DNA of 63,528 nt, filler included, from Octopus bimaculoides (Eukaryota): the NCBI RefSeq assembly GCF_001194135.2. It is 4 parts of 4 records of this genome, joined end to end, with 100 filler letters (N's around TTAATTAATTAA, not from the genome) between each part and the next. Parts side by side here need not be neighbours in the genome. Positions count along the whole stretch, not along the records: positions 1 to 21,803 come from NC_068982.1; positions 21,904 to 46,718 come from NC_068996.1; 2 more parts are not named here. One strand, given 5' to 3'. Position numbers and translations under genes: made by a program. Position 1 is the first letter of the stretch. Each line of letters opens with the position of its first letter. Of this stretch, positions 13,618 to 25,833 are shown one piece after another. Below the pieces are notes generated by a model. The model had not been told where the DNA came from. It did not search any database and saw nothing but the letters and a program-made list of their open reading frames with translations.

Positions 13618-13874
13618 ATCGAAATATGATTGTTTCAGTTAGTGGAATAGTTTCATTTTTAAAGTGAAAGTATTTGACGAGTGTTTTTGTTTCACTTTTA
13701 ACACGTAATACTTAAATAGTGGAGGAGATATGATGTTGCTGTGGGCTCGAACTATGCAAGAAGTAAAAAAAATTTTTGTGACTAAAACACAACCGGAACC
13801 CTAAGTAAGACATGTGTAAAATTTGAATGAAATTGGTTGTGTAGTTCTCGAGTTTTAGGGAAACACACACACAC

Positions 13875-13905
<31 letters not shown>

Positions 13906-13945
13906 CACATTCTCATTTTCATATATATAGATATAGATAGATTAT
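13618..13945 (+). mobile_element. Second HINE-like copy, 3' end
   Basis: Same repeat unit as 12010-12190, then aaatttgaatgaaattggttg...(CAGA)n...ctcattttcatatatatagat, a DINE/HINE-type 3' end. Left side lost in an N gap. Confidence 0.6.
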
Positions 13946-14039
13946 ATATAAAAGAAATGGTTGTAATGGTGCACTATGACATTAGATTTTTAAAATTTTT
14001 ATTGAACGTCCCAAACAAAGCAAGAAGCCACATAGTGTA

Positions 14040-16320
14040 AGGAACTGTGAAGGGGAAATTAAGATGAAAGGATTGAACTTACTTTAGACTTGAAAGAGTT
14101 CAGGCCATGAGAAAGGGAAAACAATGGGATGGAAGAAAGTTCCAAAGTCTGGCAGTATGAGGGAAAAAGTTATAACCATAGAAAGACTCCCTTATTCTTG
14201 GAATCACAACAAAAGTAAGGAATGCATCACAACACTGTTTCAACAATACATCTGGTTTCATTAATACCCTTTTTCCAATTTTATTCATATCTAATACTTC
14301 TTCTAATCCCTGTTATATGACTAGCATGTGGTACCATTGTTAATAGATGAGAATGCTTCATAACCTCCCACAGCCTCCTAAGCAGCCATTGCTTGATTTT
14401 CATTGTTTACTATTTTGCAAATTAGAAGATAACATATAGGTGAGAATCTACAATGTTTCTTGTCCTACAAGATCTATACTGATTTTTTCTGAGAAGGAAA
14501 AGAAACTTAGTGTGATAAGCTGGCAGTTATTTATAAATGATTATATTGTGTGTACAAGCTTACTGTCAGCAGATTTGGTGGGAATACATGTTTTGGATAT
14601 TGAACATATCCTTATAGACAAAGATTAAATTTCTTGCTAAGGATAAGAACTAAATTCAGAATCTTTCTCATTTTGGGCAAAAGAAAGACTATTCATCAGG
14701 CCAGGACATTGTTGGGTCAGAGTGATGGTGAAGTTGTGCCTTCCTACATCAGTTTTGATCAAGCAGTGCTTTGGGACACAGGTAGTTGGATGAATGACAA
14801 AACACATTTCACTTATCCATCTTCCTAGTTATACCATGTCACTGTCTTGTTGAGGGCTAAACTACACACTATAATATATAGTGATGTCTTGTTTGGGACA
14901 GTCTAGATGTTTATTTCAATAACTCATCTGGTTTCATCAGTATCCATTTTTCAATTTTATTCATACATAACACTTTTACCAACCCCTGTTATATGACTAG
15001 AATGTGGAATCATAGTTAAAAGATGAGATTGTCTCATAACTCCCTTCATCTTCCATTTTCCATTGTCCTATTTTTATCCTTTATGCTTGTAAATTCTTGT
15101 GATGGCCACAATGGTAGCAGTTAAGAGGGATTCAGAGCATGGTAATTGTTACTACTCTGCACTTGTTGGTGATGTACATTCCAGCATAGATGTTTGAAGC
15201 TAGTGAGGCTGTTGATACTACAGCTGTTTCTTTGTATATATAGTTTTATGTTTGTCCAGTAGTCATTGTTTCTTTCTATTAAATGTGATATTTGTAGTTC
15301 ATTGTAACTGATGTTCTCTGGTGTTGCTGGTAAGAAGGAACCAGTAGATATGGTAGATGCTACTTTGAATCTGTTATTGTGGAGCCAGATTTCTTGGTGA
15401 TTTAAGTAGAGTCAGAGTAGTTGTGTGATTCATGATGCCACTGATTACTCCATATGGTGCTTTACAGTTAGCTTTGTGCCTTATGTTGGATACAAAATTT
15501 TGCCAGTTTTCTGTATTATTTTTATCTCAGTTATTTTCTTGTTGTTTAATACTGAATTTTGTTTTGATTATGTGTGGTTATGGTGTATTGTGTATGAGAC
15601 TGTCTTAGCATTTTATGAGGTTAACTTTTTCTGGTGGTCATTAGTGCAGTAATATTTTATGTTGCCTTATAAGATTTATCTGTAATTATTCTGCTTAATG
15701 AATTTACTGAAGTGTATAGATTGGTAATTGTGGTGTTTATTTTTAATTCTGAAAATTTTCGTTCTTACAAAGTTTATTTGTATGTGTTAAAGCTTTAAGT
15801 TTTAGATGTACTATGAATCTCTTGTTTTGGGAAGAGATATAACAATGATACTTACTTTCTGTATCATTGCTATTGATGTTTTGATGTCATTATTATTTTT
15901 CTGGAGTATTTGGAAATTGTATTTGCTATTGTTTTTATAAATATTTTGTAGATTTTTTAAGACACCTTTGTTGATTCATAGGCACTGTCATTCCTGACAA
16001 CGTTTGTATATGCTGAGGGAAATATTTCTGTTTCCAGAATTTATTGCTTGACTGGCATTTTTACCATAGCCAGTTTCTCTTAAGTTTTGGTATATTACAT
16101 TCAGTATTGATTTATCCTGTAAATTCAACTATTTTACAATCTAGAGTAATATTTGAGGAGGATTTAGTTGCAATTTGAGACTAGATGAGCAACTTGGTAA
16201 AGGCTTTCTCATGGTCAGATTTTGCGTGCATGGTGACTGTGTTCATGTGCAAATCAATCAGGTGGGATTGAGAAGGGAAGTTTAGAAAGTTTTATTGTGT
16301 TTGTACTTCACTAGATTGTC
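14040..16320 (-). mobile_element. Highly decayed CR1/L2-group LINE remnant(s)
   Basis: ORF 14100..14288 ends RIRESFYGYNFFPHTARLWNFLPSHCFP, a CR1/L2 ORF2 C-terminal motif. A about 120-bp block is duplicated at about 14250-14370 and 14925-15045. Right boundary is a guess. Confidence 0.5.
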
Positions 16321-16815
16321 AATGAAACTTAGCTGAACTTCACAGATAATAATGTAATGAAAACATAATTAAATTAATTAGAGTATAACTCATACACATA
16401 GAGATGTCATAACATTGCACATCTGCTTCAATCATTTGTCTCTAGAAACAGAAATTGCATCATATTTGAAATAAAATTAAACACACATGCACAAACATAT
16501 ATGTCCAAATGATAACTTATTTTATACAAAACAGTAACTGTTTTGGGTTTTGCTTGTATGTATGGTGTTCAATAATTTAAGTAAATGGAAAGTACAAGAA
16601 TGAAAAGTATGAGAGTACAAAATTGCTGGATTGCATCTACAGTGGTTTTCACAAAAATAGACCATTTAGGAAAATAAGAAAAATACATTTTTTCAGGAGC
16701 AATTGAAGTTTCATCTGTATTTTAGAGGTGAAAATGATAAGCATTATATTTGGAAGTGAGAAAAAAAAGATCATTGCCTTTAAAATGAATTGCTATTATA
16801 AATGCTTTATATTTC

Positions 16816-17910
16816 CATCATCATCATCATCATCATCATCGTTTAACGTCCGCTTTCCATGCTAGCATGGGTTGGACGATTTGACTGAGGACTGGTGAAA
16901 CCGGATGGCAACACCAGGCTCCAGTCTGATTTGGCAGAGTTTCTACAGCTGGATGCCCTTCCTAACGCCAACCACTCAGAGAGTGTAGTGGGTGCTTTTA
17001 CGTGTCACCCGCACGAAAACGGCCACGCTCGAAATGGTGTCTTTTATGTGCCACCCGCACAAGCCAGTCCAGGGGCACTGGCAACGATCTCGCTCGAAAA
17101 TCCTACAGGAGCCAGTCAGGCGGTACTGGCAACGGCCACGCTCAAAATGGTGCATCTCATGTGCCNNNNNNNNNNNNNNNNNNNNNNNNNNNNNNNNNNN
17201 NNNNNNNNNNNNNNNNNNNNNNNNNNNNNNNNNNNNNNNNNNNNNNNNNNNNNNNNNNNNNNNNNNNNNNNNNNNNNNNNNNNNNNNNNNNNNNNNNNNN
17301 NNNNNNNNNNNNNNNNNNNNNNNNNNNNNNNNNNNNNNNNNNNNNNNNNNNNNNNNNNNNNNNNNNNNNNNNNNNNNNNNNNNNNNNNNNNNNNNNNNNN
17401 NNNNNNNNNNNNNNNNNNNNNNNNNNNNNNNNNNNNNNNNNNNNNNNNNNNNNNNNNNNNNNNNNNNNNNNNNNNNNNNNNNNNNNNNNNNNNNNNNNNN
17501 NNNNNNNNNNNNNNNNNNNNNNNNNNNNNNNNNNNNNNNNNNNNNNNNNNNNNNNNNNNNNNNNNNNNNNNNNNNNNNNNNNNNNNNNNAAACTTTGCCC
17601 AGGCTATTCTTATTCTAGCAGCTACACTTTCAGCGCACCCACCCCCACTACTAACTTGGTCGCCCAGATAGCGGAAGCTATCGACTACCTCTAGTTTTTC
17701 ACCCTGGAATGAGATAGAAGTTGTTTCCTGTTTGTTTGCAGTCTTTATTGCACCTGAACATCTGCCACAAACAAAAACTAACTTGCTAGTTAACCTGCCT
17801 TTGATGTTGCTGCACCTCTTATGTGTCCATAGCTTGCACCGGGTACATCTTATAGAGTTACTACCTACTCCTTTTCTACATACTGAGCAGGGCCATCTAC
17901 CTGAAGGGTG
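16816..17910 (-). mobile_element. Second RTE-clade LINE copy (3' part, interrupted by N gap)
   Basis: (TGA)n tail and 3' UTR similar to 7728-8000. Retains PSGRWPCSVCRKGVGSNSIRCTRCKLWTHKRCSNIKGRL...CGRC, a Cys/His zinc finger downstream of the RT. Confidence 0.88.
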
Positions 17911-18791
17911 ATTAGAACATTGAACTAACAAGTATGCTGGAAGAGAAATCACCTGGAAGAATAAATAACAAAACACTTCTGTCAATTTTCAAAAGGTGAC
18001 AAATGTAGTGGTTTGGTTATGTGACACAACATCGTGACACCCTACTTGTAGTGAATATAAACATGCATAGACAAACCTCCAGTAAAAGAGGTTTAGGAAG
18101 ATCACAAAAGGGGTGGTCAAGCAACATCAAGGAAATGGGAAAGAATGAAAATAATGGTAAATTTGAGATTGTCTGATGACTAGAAAAGATAAGGCATGTT
18201 ATTGTGTTTCTTATTATGTACCTAGGGCCTTCCTAGGGTATTGGTTTTACTTGATTGAAGATGTTAGAGTGATATCTAAAGAAAATATCAGTCACTCACT
18301 TCAGTCAAGTGGATTACAAGGAAAGTATATTTGTGGACTCAGACCAACTAAACTGATTTGAAGAACCAGAGTTTTGCAAAAGTTTTTATATAGTTGGATG
18401 ACAGATGAGTTTCCTTGATTTACCCATGACTTGACATTCTGTTGGTTGTAGAAACAGTAGATAGTGGCTGGTTTTAGAATGTGACAAAGAGTTCAAGAGT
18501 GAGTTGGTCATGATTCTGGACAAGTAAGGAGAGCAATTAGATGTCAAAAGGTCCACTCTCTATCAACATTGTGTTATGGCAGGAATCTGAGAGCTAAGAT
18601 TAGTTGGGAGTATTTATGTAATTGAGGATGATGACTTGAGAGAAAGGTGAGTTGAAATATCCATGTATGCAATACTGGATGAGATGTAATCACAAATTTT
18701 TAATTAATTTAGAGAGGTGAGAAAGGGAGACCTTAATCCACTGTAACTAGAAATTTTTGTTGCTGTTATTTGAGAAATGAAAGGTATAGAG

Positions 18792-19022
18792 GGCGATGAG
18801 CTGGCAGAAACATTAGCAGGCCAGGCCAAATGCTCAGCGGTATTTCGTCTGCTGCTACGTTCTGAGTTCAGATTCCGCCGAGGTCGACTGCCTTTCATCC
18901 TTTCGGGGTCGATAAATTAAGTACGAGTTACGCACTGGGGTTGATGTAATCGACTTAATCCCTTTGTCTGTCCTTGTTTTGTTCCCTCTATGTTTAGCCT
19001 CTTATGGGCAATAAAGAAATAA
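18792..19022 (+). mobile_element. tRNA-derived SINE family B, full length with target-site duplication
   Basis: ggcgatgagctggcagaaac...gagttcagattcc...ggtcgataaattaagtac...aataaagaaataa. Flanked by GAAAGGTATAGAG at 18779-18791 and 19023-19035. Confidence 0.85.
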
Positions 19023-19636
19023 GAAAGGTATAGAGGTTGATTCCTGAACAATGCAGATACTACTTTTATGGAAGAAGTTGAAACATAGATTGTAACTTGA
19101 ATAATAGAAATGAAGTAGATAGGATTAAGGTGTGTGATTTGCATGTTATGAGAAGCTTTCTAGGTTGTAATCCATGGATATTTCTTACAAAGGTGAAAAA
19201 TTGTCAAGTGAATTTATAACAAGATTTTTCTTCTTTTATAGTTTAGGGATTCAATATATTGCATTTACAAATATGGCTTGTAACTCTGCTGTGGCTACCT
19301 AAGTGCTTTGGATAACAAAGAATTAGAATTAGCATTCTAATCTCCTTCAAAACACATCCTATTGTTTTCAGAAAGACTCACTAGACAATGTAGTCTTGGA
19401 TATATTATTCCAGGGAAAATACAGAATGATGATTATGACTGGAATAGGTCTTCTTTACCTAGTACTATGTAACTGTAGCATCTATGTTCTCTGGATTGCA
19501 GTAGCAAATATGAGAAGATGAAACTTGCTTAAGCAGTGTATGACAAGCATAACTTTACTACTCAGTTTTGTGCCATTAGAAATAACATATTCTCTTGCTG
19601 AACAGATAATGACCTTTTCTTTTTCCCTTTTCTTAG

Positions 19637-19688
19637 TCCCAAATCAAAAAGGTGTCAGTTGGAACAAAGTATCAACAAGATTGTCTAG
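19637..19688 (+). CDS. Candidate isolated plus-strand internal exon (52 nt), gene unknown
   Basis: Strong acceptor ttttcccttttcttag| and canonical donor TAG|gtaagt. Two frames are open (SQIKKVSVGTKYQQDCL or PNQKGVSWNKVSTRLS). No partner exon confirmed. Confidence 0.3.
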
Positions 19689-20583
19689 GTAAGTTAATTC
19701 TATCTTTCTGTTCAGCCTATTTTTTGTAATTCAAAATGTTTCGTTTTTTTATTCCATATTTATGTAAGTTACGGAGTTAACCAAGTCACTCAGTGACAAT
19801 ATATTGTCATGCTACTTTTGGTTATAGAAGTATGGTATGACAGTAAGTTTGATAACTGAAATAAACAACATTACTAAATTCAGTTAAAAGCTGAAATTTA
19901 GAGTTATAATTATCAATATGTGATATATATAAATGCTGAATAATCATCAACATCAAGATCCCTTAACTGAAGCAGACTGGTTGAGATACCACTCTAGATA
20001 CTTTCGTAGTCAGTTGTCACAACTGCTCTCTGTTCTTTGCAGTATCTATAAAAATGTTTTTCAAGCTTTGAGTTTGTAAAATAGAAAATATTTGATAAAA
20101 TATCATATCTTGTTGGTAATCTTTGCCTTGTTTTATAGTGAGCATTAAAAGAATTAAGCTAGTTATCTCATATGCAAAAATATCTTGGGAGGCAGGATTT
20201 TTTTGTCTTTTCTGTATGAAAATCATGGATTTGAAGTGCAAACATTGTATTACAACTTTTACTTTCCTTCAGTCAAAAAACACCACCATCTTCAAGTAAT
20301 GAGAACTTGCGAGATATTGAAACACCGGAGGAATCAAGGTAATTTTAGATATATTTTTATTTTATCACTTTTTTCTTTTCATCTACTATAATGTTAGTCA
20401 ATAAATCTAAATTCTTTTAACTTCAGATACCTAGTATAGCCTATCCTTGACCTTCCTAACTCAATTTTGTTTTGGTTTACTCACCTATTTCTATTTTCCA
20501 GTTAATTTCACTCATTAGTCAATATGTGCAAATTTTAAGCATCTTTTAGTCTTCTGGTTTGCTCCCGCTCTCTCTCTCTATAA

Positions 20584-20668
20584 ATATGTGTGTGTGTATA
20601 TATGTATATGTATGTGTATATATATATATATATATGTATGTATATATGTATGTATATGTATGTACATA

Positions 20669-20715
<47 letters not shown>

Positions 20716-20886
20716 GTATATGTCTGTTATATATATGTATATGTGTATGTATATATATATGTATATGTGTATGTATATATATATGTATATATATGTATAT
20801 GTATGTTATATATATATGTGTATGTATATGTATGTATATGTGTGTATGTGTGTGTATATATATATATATATACATGTATGTACATA

Positions 20887-20927
<41 letters not shown>

Positions 20928-20960
20928 TATATATATGTATATGTGTGTATGTATATATGA

Positions 20961-21006
<46 letters not shown>

Positions 21007-21110
21007 GTATGTACATATATATGCATTCATGTTTACGTTTTGTGACGTCCTGTACCCATATATGCATATATATATACATATATATGTCAGTATGTACATA
21101 TATGTATGTA
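20584..21110. repeat. Large compound TA/TG/TATG microsatellite field (one of many in the window)
   Basis: Directly visible. Similar fields at about 1-40, 7307-7348, 22720-22840, 29925-30050, 31075-31200, 33570-33800, 35400-35530, 43150-43550, 45990-46130 and 59570-59910, plus (GAT)n at 40940-41050. Confidence 0.95.
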
Positions 21111-21803
21111 TATAGGCCTATCTATATATTTTATTTATATTATTATATGATTGAACGCCATGCATCCATTTCCAAGTAAGTTTATCTTAATAAATAATTT
21201 TGATGCAACTCTCCTCTGTACTGCTCTCTCTCTCTCTCCATTTCGTTTTTTTCTCTCTCTTCCTTTCTCAAATTCTTATTTTCTTCCCTTCACCATTTTC
21301 TATCTGTCCCTCTTCCTCCTTTACTCTCTCATTGCTCACATGCAACCATCGTCCATCTTTTTTTTCCACACGTGTTCATCTTTCTTTTCTTCTAGTTTGT
21401 TGCACAGACCAGACTTATTCTTGTCTGTCTCCTCTCCTATCTTTTCTCCTGTTAAAGAATGTTCCTCAGTGTTCGCCACCTTACCCCGTCTGGCTTAGCA
21501 GCCCTCACTATTTGTTTCACTGCCCTGTTTTTGTTACCAACTTTGACCCTCTGCAAAATCCAAAATTTTATTTTGGTTTGCGGGAGCAACTGTTTTCTTG
21601 AAGGCACATATTGTCGTAAATTGCTCAAAATGTGGAGTAGATGAACAGCTGACAACTGATTAAGAGTTGTTCTTTATGTTACTTGTCTTGTTTTCCATTT
21701 GTTTCTCTCATTGTTCGCAATAAAAAGTTTGTCTTCGTATTTCATGTTGTTTTTCATATCTCATATTTCATATTGTTTACATTTTGTGACGTCCTGTACC
21801 CAT

Positions 21804-21903
21804 NNNNNNNNNNNNNNNNNNNNNNNNNNNNNNNNNNNNNNNNNNNNTTAATTAATTAANNNNNNNNNNNNNNNNNNNNNNNNNNNNNNNNNNNNNNNNN
21901 NNN
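21804..21903. other. Artificial 100-nt scaffold join (44 N + TTAATTAATTAA + 44 N); identical joins at 46719-46818 and 58794-58893
   Basis: The exact same 44/12/44 layout occurs three times. The 12-mer places stop codons in all six frames, so this is an assembly artefact rather than biological sequence. Confidence 0.95.
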
Positions 21904-22548
21904 ATATATATATATATATATATACATCACGTGCACGTATGTCTGTGTGTGTTTAAGTATGTATATATAAATATGCACGCGCGGTTTTAAAGCTGACCCA
22001 TATTTTGTGCACCTGTAGTAATTGTTGCTACAGTTGTTAACATTGTTGCTTGTGTTTACTTGTTGTTGCTGATGATGTTGATGATGGTGTTGATGATGAT
22101 GATGATGATGAGGATTAGAAGGAGGAGGAGGAGGAGGAAAGTGATGATGATAAAAATGATGACGACGACGACGATGACGAGGAAATACGACAATGATGCT
22201 GAATATGAAAGACGCATATTGGTTTCAAATCATTGAAAAATCTTCTTAAGTGTTGAGAATTAATAAGTAAATAAATAGAAAAAATAATTAAAAAAATAAA
22301 TAAAATGAAGTAAAATAAAATAGACGCATAAAAATCTCACTATCTTTATCAATGTGTCAGTCTTGTAGCCAGGTTAACACTTAAAACTGTCTCCAAGAAG
22401 TTTTTATCGGAGCATCTCGTGACTCTCGTATAGCATTTATTCTAAAACACTATGCGAGTGATGATTTCTTGATGATATATTTACTTACAAATCCCAGGCG
22501 CTACCCCATTTTCTCACTTTCTTCACCTCATTTCGCTCCCACTTCACT

Positions 22549-22590
<42 letters not shown>

Positions 22591-22989
22591 TTCCTTCTCC
22601 CTCATTTTACTCGTTCTTATCCTTTCCCCTATCACTCTTCTTTCATAATGTGGGCGTATGTGTAAACTTGCACATTAATGAGCATACATTTACTATATTT
22701 ATACATACATACATATACATGGGTAAGTATATGTATATATGTATACGTATGTAAGTATATATGTATGTATGTGTACGTATGTTTGTATGTATGTATGTAT
22801 GTATGTATGTATGTATGTATTTAAGTATACACACACATACACACAAACAGAAGTGTGTAAGAAGCTTCTTAACCACATGGTTCCAGATTCAGTTCCACTG
22901 CATGACAACTTGGGTAGTTGTCTTCCACCATAACCTCGGGCCGACCAAAGCCTTGTGACTGGACTAGGTAGACAGAAAATGTATGTATG

Positions 22990-23028
<39 letters not shown>

Positions 23029-23116
23029 GAGAATATACAAATAATAACAACAGACGAGGACAGGTGGTGTAAATAACAAAAGTATATATTAGTATGACGC
23101 TCGGGAATACGGGAAG

Positions 23117-23153
23117 TCTTTGACGTTTCGAGCTACGCTCTTCAACAGAAAGA
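23117..23153 (-). ncRNA. Minimal type I hammerhead-like motif, A6U core variant
   Basis: Minus strand: tcttt-CTGTTGA-A-GAGC-gta-GCTC-GAAA-CG-T-C-aaaga. 5-bp helix I, 4-bp helix II, ACGT palindrome, GUC site. Confidence 0.65.
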
Positions 23154-23257
23154 ATACGGAGACAAGGAGAAAAACACGGAGAAAAAAAAATTGATTGAAA
23201 TATATATATATATATATATATAAAACAAATAATAAATGAGTATATGCATATAAAACA

Positions 23258-23289
<32 letters not shown>

Positions 23290-23293
<4 letters not shown>

Positions 23294-24225
23294 GATATAT
23301 AAATATATGCATATATACATACATATATGTACATACCTACATATATATGTACATATACATGCATATATGGGTTCAGGACATGAAAAAACGTCGACACATT
23401 GTGAAACGTAAACATAAAAACAGAAACATACAAAACGAACATTTTTTTCGAACAACCAAAAAAAAAAAAAAGACAGAGAAGAACGAGGCATCAGTTGTCC
23501 CCTGTTTTATCTACTCCGCATTTCGAAGGTTGGGACAATACGCGACTTCGTTAAAACAGTCCTTCCCGCAAAGCAAAATACATAAAATTTGGGATTTTTT
23601 GCGGAAGGTGAGAGTGGTAACAAAAACAGGACAGTGAGAACAAGACAGTAAAAGCCAAACGGTGAGGGCTGTTGAGCCAGGATGATATGAAGATTATTAA
23701 CGCTAGAAAAGCGGGGGCCATCTATCTTCCTTTCTTCCACTTCCTTCCTAAACACAAGACGTGCTTTTACCTGTCTCTTCTCAAAGCTCGATTTTCTAGC
23801 GTTCATAATCTTCACATCGTCTTGGCTTAACAGCCCTCACCGTTTGTGTTCACTGCTTTATTCTCACTGTCCTGTTTTTGTTACCACTTTCACCCTCCGC
23901 AAAAATCCCAAATTTTTATTTAATTTGCTTTGCTGGAAGGAATGTTTTAACGAAGTCGAGTATTGTACTTACTTTCGAAACGCGAAGTAGATGAAATACG
24001 GGAACAACTGATGAAGGGAATGTTCTTTATATTATACGTCGCGTTTCTCTGTTTCTTTTTTTTTTATCGTTGTTCGTAAAAAAGTTCGCTTTCTATGTTT
24101 TTGTTTTACGTTTTCGTTTCTCATTGTCTACGTTTTTTGATCTCCTGTATCCATATATGCATGTATACATATATATGTATGTATGTACATATATGTATGC
24201 ATATATGCATATATTTATATATTAT
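23290..24225. repeat. Large imperfect palindrome: two about 430-bp arms of one repeat, about 78-bp spacer
   Basis: Reverse complement of 23290-23712 aligns along 23790-24225 (cagccctcaccgttt, ttctcactgtcctgtttttgttaccact, gttttaacgaagtcg, ttcgaaa.gcg.agtagat, ccatatatgcatgtata). Roughly 75-80% identity by eye. A further direct copy lies at about 21480-21803. Confidence 0.85.
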
Positions 24226-24280
24226 TTATATTATTATATGATCGAACGCCAAGCATCCTTTTCCTAGTAATCTTAATCTA

Positions 24281-24365
<85 letters not shown>

Positions 24366-24375
24366 NNNNNNNNNN

Positions 24376-24449
<74 letters not shown>

Positions 24450-24747
24450 ATATTATATATATATTAGAGGAAAAAACAAAAACCAAAGCGGAACGAGTAA
24501 CACAAGCTGTTTTGGTTAATTTAATGAGGGTAATTACCGTCATTAAATTATTCTAAATTACTTGAGATACTCGTTCTGCCTTGGTTTTTGCTTTTGCTTC
24601 TAATATGATATGTGCCTGCTATAACGGAACCCCAATACGGATCCCAAGAACCAGCCTTAGCTGTGAACTTGGAACTTAACGGACCACCAACTATAGCGCT
24701 TACTCAACGTAACTATTCGTTTAGATCACCAGTGAACTAAACCCCTC

Positions 24748-24788
<41 letters not shown>

Positions 24789-25833
24789 AATAACGCAGAT
24801 GAGTTGAAGTTCGCCACAGATGTTTCTTTACTGACGAACAGTTGTGTTACATCATGCAAAAAAAGACCCGTTTACTCTAGTTTTGTGCCTTTACTATTTA
24901 CATAGCTTGATTCTATCGGTTCCTAGAAATTATGTGTGNNNNNNNNNNNNNNNNNNNNNNNNNNNNNNNNNNNNNNNNNNNNNNNNNNNNNNNNNNNNNN
25001 NNNNNNNNNNNNNNNNNNNNNNNNNNNNNNNNNNNNNNNNNNNNNNNNNNNNNNNNNNNNNNNNNNNNNNNNNNNNNNNNNNNNNNNNNNNNNNNNNNNN
25101 NNNNNNNNNNNNNNNNNNNNNNNNNNNNNNNNNNNNNNNNNNNNNNNNNNNNNNNNNNNNNNNNNNNNNNNNNNNNNNNNNNNNNNNNNNNNNNNNNNNN
25201 NNNNNNNNNNNNNNNNNNNNNNNNNNNNNNNNNNNNNNNNNNNNNNNNNNNNNNNNNNNNNNNNNNNNNNNNNNNNNNNNNNNNNNNNNNNNNNNNNNNN
25301 NNNNNNNNNNNNNNNNNNNNNNNNNNNNNNNNNNNNNNNNNNNNNNNNNNNNNNNNNNNNNNNNNNNNNNNNNNNNNNNNNNNNNNNNNNNNNNNNNNNN
25401 NNNNNNNNNNNNNNNNNNNNNNNNNNNNNNNNNNNNNNNNNNNNNNNNNNNNNNNNNNNNNNNNNNNNNNNNNNNNNNNNNNNNNNNNNNNNNNNNNNNN
25501 NNNNNNNNNNNNNNNNNNNNNNNNNNNNNNNNNNNNNNNNNNNNNNNNNNNNNNNNNNNNNNNNNNNNNNNNNNNNNNNNNNNNNNNNNNNNNNNNNNNN
25601 NNNNNNNNNNNNNNNNNNNNNNNNNNNNNNNNNNNNNNNNNNNNNNNNNNNNNNNNNNNNNNNNNNNNNNNNNNNNNNNNNNNNNNNNNNNNNNNNNNNN
25701 NNNNNNNNNNNNNNNNNNNNNNNNNNNNNNNNNNNNNNNNNNNNNNNNNNTGGTAGGATAAAAACCAAAAATAAAATCAAGAGATTTGGTGAATAAAATT
25801 TGAAGGTAATCAACAAAAATTCAATAGGTTATA

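Noticed and set aside
12739-13667. Long ORFs containing X runs (also 24844, 39486, 41776, 44803, 62285)
   Set aside because: Artefacts of N gaps, which contain no stop codons.
20546-21115. Many overlapping ORFs rich in YI/CV/HT/MY (also near 23-24, 33.5, 35.4, 41, 43, 46 and 59.6 kb)
   Set aside because: They are translations of TA/TG/TATG/GAT microsatellites, open in several frames on both strands, with no coding signal.
21848-21859. TTAATTAATTAA palindromes inside gaps (also 46763-46774 and 58838-58849)
   Set aside because: Assembly linker with identical 44-N padding each time; not a biological motif.
23945-23995. HHR-like TTAACGA...CGAAACGCG (also at about 23510-23560 minus and about 21590-21650)
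   Set aside because: Several core changes and no convincing helix I; degenerate at best.
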